In this document: positions 62,598-64,000 of the stretch, one piece after another
How the letters are laid out: every line of letters begins with the position of its first letter
Numbering within the stretch: the stretch's first letter is position 1
Translations under genes and position numbers: made by a program
Assembly (NCBI RefSeq): GCF_024521635.1
Contig: NW_026250424.1
Span: 186,001-250,000 of the forward strand
Reading direction: 5' to 3'
Source of the DNA: Tricharina praecox
Taxonomy: Eukaryota
DNA: 64,000 nt
The notes under the pieces: model-generated
What the model was told of the DNA's origin: nothing
The model's input: the letters and a program-made list of their open reading frames with translations, nothing else
Databases searched by the model: none

Positions 62598-64000
62598 TTT
62601 TGTTCATTAGCTAAGGGTGGATTTAAGGTGTGGCTTTTTTTTCTTACTCTTTCCTCTTTCCTCTTTCCTCTTTCTTTCTTTTTCTTTCTTTCTCTCCCTA
62701 GGATCTCTCGCTGTGAGTGAGTGAGTGAGTGAGAGCCAGGCGAGGCGAGGTGAAGTCGCATACAGACGTCAACCGGCTGTTCCGTAGACCATAGACAAGT
62801 CTAACATGCTTCTCGAGGTGCTTCTGCTTCCGCTATTGCTTCTACTTCCGAGTCTCAAGGATCCATATGTCGACAGTGGACCTTCGCTTGGTTCGCCAGC
62901 TGCCAAGTATGTACAAATTTACACAACCGGTACGGTAGGTATGTTGGCATCGCCGAGCAAAGTAGAGCAAAGTACCTAGGGAACTGGCATCCAACTTCAG
63001 CATCCCTCCTCCCCCTCCTCCCTTGCACCTGCAGGATGATGATGGTGCCGACGGTTGCTGGTGATGGTACGGTGATGATGAAAAAGGCTTGTTGTAACTT
63101 GTGCTGTTGTGCTCTTTATGGAGCAAGTACCAAGTACCATCCGTACTCCACTCTACTCTACTAGTAGTGCCTGATATATCCAGAATAGAATACCACCTAG
63201 AATACCAGTATCGACAAATACCTGTTTACTATGTTTATCCGTTCATCTCGTTTGCGTCAAGACTCGACATATATGTGATGTAGATGAAACACCGAATGTA
63301 CAGAAGTGTCGTGTCGATACGGTACCGGTACCGGTAGGTACATGATGTATCTTTGTATGCACAGGGAAGGAAGGAAGTTGACCGAGTCCGTTTTTGAGAC
63401 GGTGTTGGTGGGCGGGTGTCATGAGTAGGTGCCGGTATGTACCGTATTCTGCAGAACGCTTCGACATTGACGGTTATGAGTGTGTATTCTATAGAACGCT
63501 TCGACATCGACATCGGCGGCCATGGGTTTCACCATCGACCACCGGCGTGTGTCGCCTCTCGTCCGCCTGGAGCTTCTCCCGCGCCTCGAGAAGGACTCCC
63601 AAGTCCCTCGTCCCCCACCATCCACCACCTATCATCTTACCTACACGTGCCATACCTTCACTTCCATTTCCCCGCCCGGGGACACTTGCGGGGCACTGGG
63701 GCTTCACCAACTACATACACTAAACTAGACCTCCCTTCAACCTCCCTTACACCTCCCTCCCTTCTATCTACCTACCGAGATTCCTCCGGCCTTCTATGTA
63801 GATAGATACATAACTTCTCAAATTCACGGCAGACTAAAGTAGGTAGAGTAACTATCGTGATCATCGCAGCACGTTCCTCTCTCTTCCCCGTGTTCTCCGT
63901 GTTCTCCGTGTTCTCTCCGTGTTCTCTCCGTGTTTTCTCCGTGTTCTTCTAGACGTTCGACGTTCGACGTTCGACGGTAGGTACCGTAGCTATGGTCCAG

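Overview
Intron-containing eukaryotic DNA from a filamentous ascomycete. Evidence: short GT-AG introns with CTAAC/CTGAC branch sites and Pezizomycotina-type proteins. A Pezizomycetes-like lineage is only an impression. I reconstructed about 18 mostly housekeeping genes by joining exons by eye: DUF202 membrane protein, GaaC/Lga1 aldolase, an uncharacterised fungal TM protein, 2-hydroxyacid dehydrogenase, Cdc1, Zrc1/Cot1 zinc transporter, a small TM protein, GST-kappa with PTS1, fasciclin, a lipocalin-like protein, Rsc4-like double bromodomain, LSD1-type demethylase, Kic1/Nak1 kinase, cysteine synthase-like, mitochondrial RRF, PRPP synthetase, CitE/CLYBL-like, LETM1/Mdm38 and a small conserved hypothetical. 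Gene-poor, mini/microsatellite-rich stretches lie at about 4-7.4, 17.6-23.3 and 54-64 kb. I found no tRNA, rRNA, CRISPR array or intact transposon, and no clearly new multi-gene system. The best leads are RNA-level: a 902-nt intron splitting the DUF202 motif, a bistable hairpin in the Rsc4-like intron 1, an 8-unit variable-spacer repeat array at 54.1-54.5 kb, a GC-AG intron, and very degenerate splice donors.
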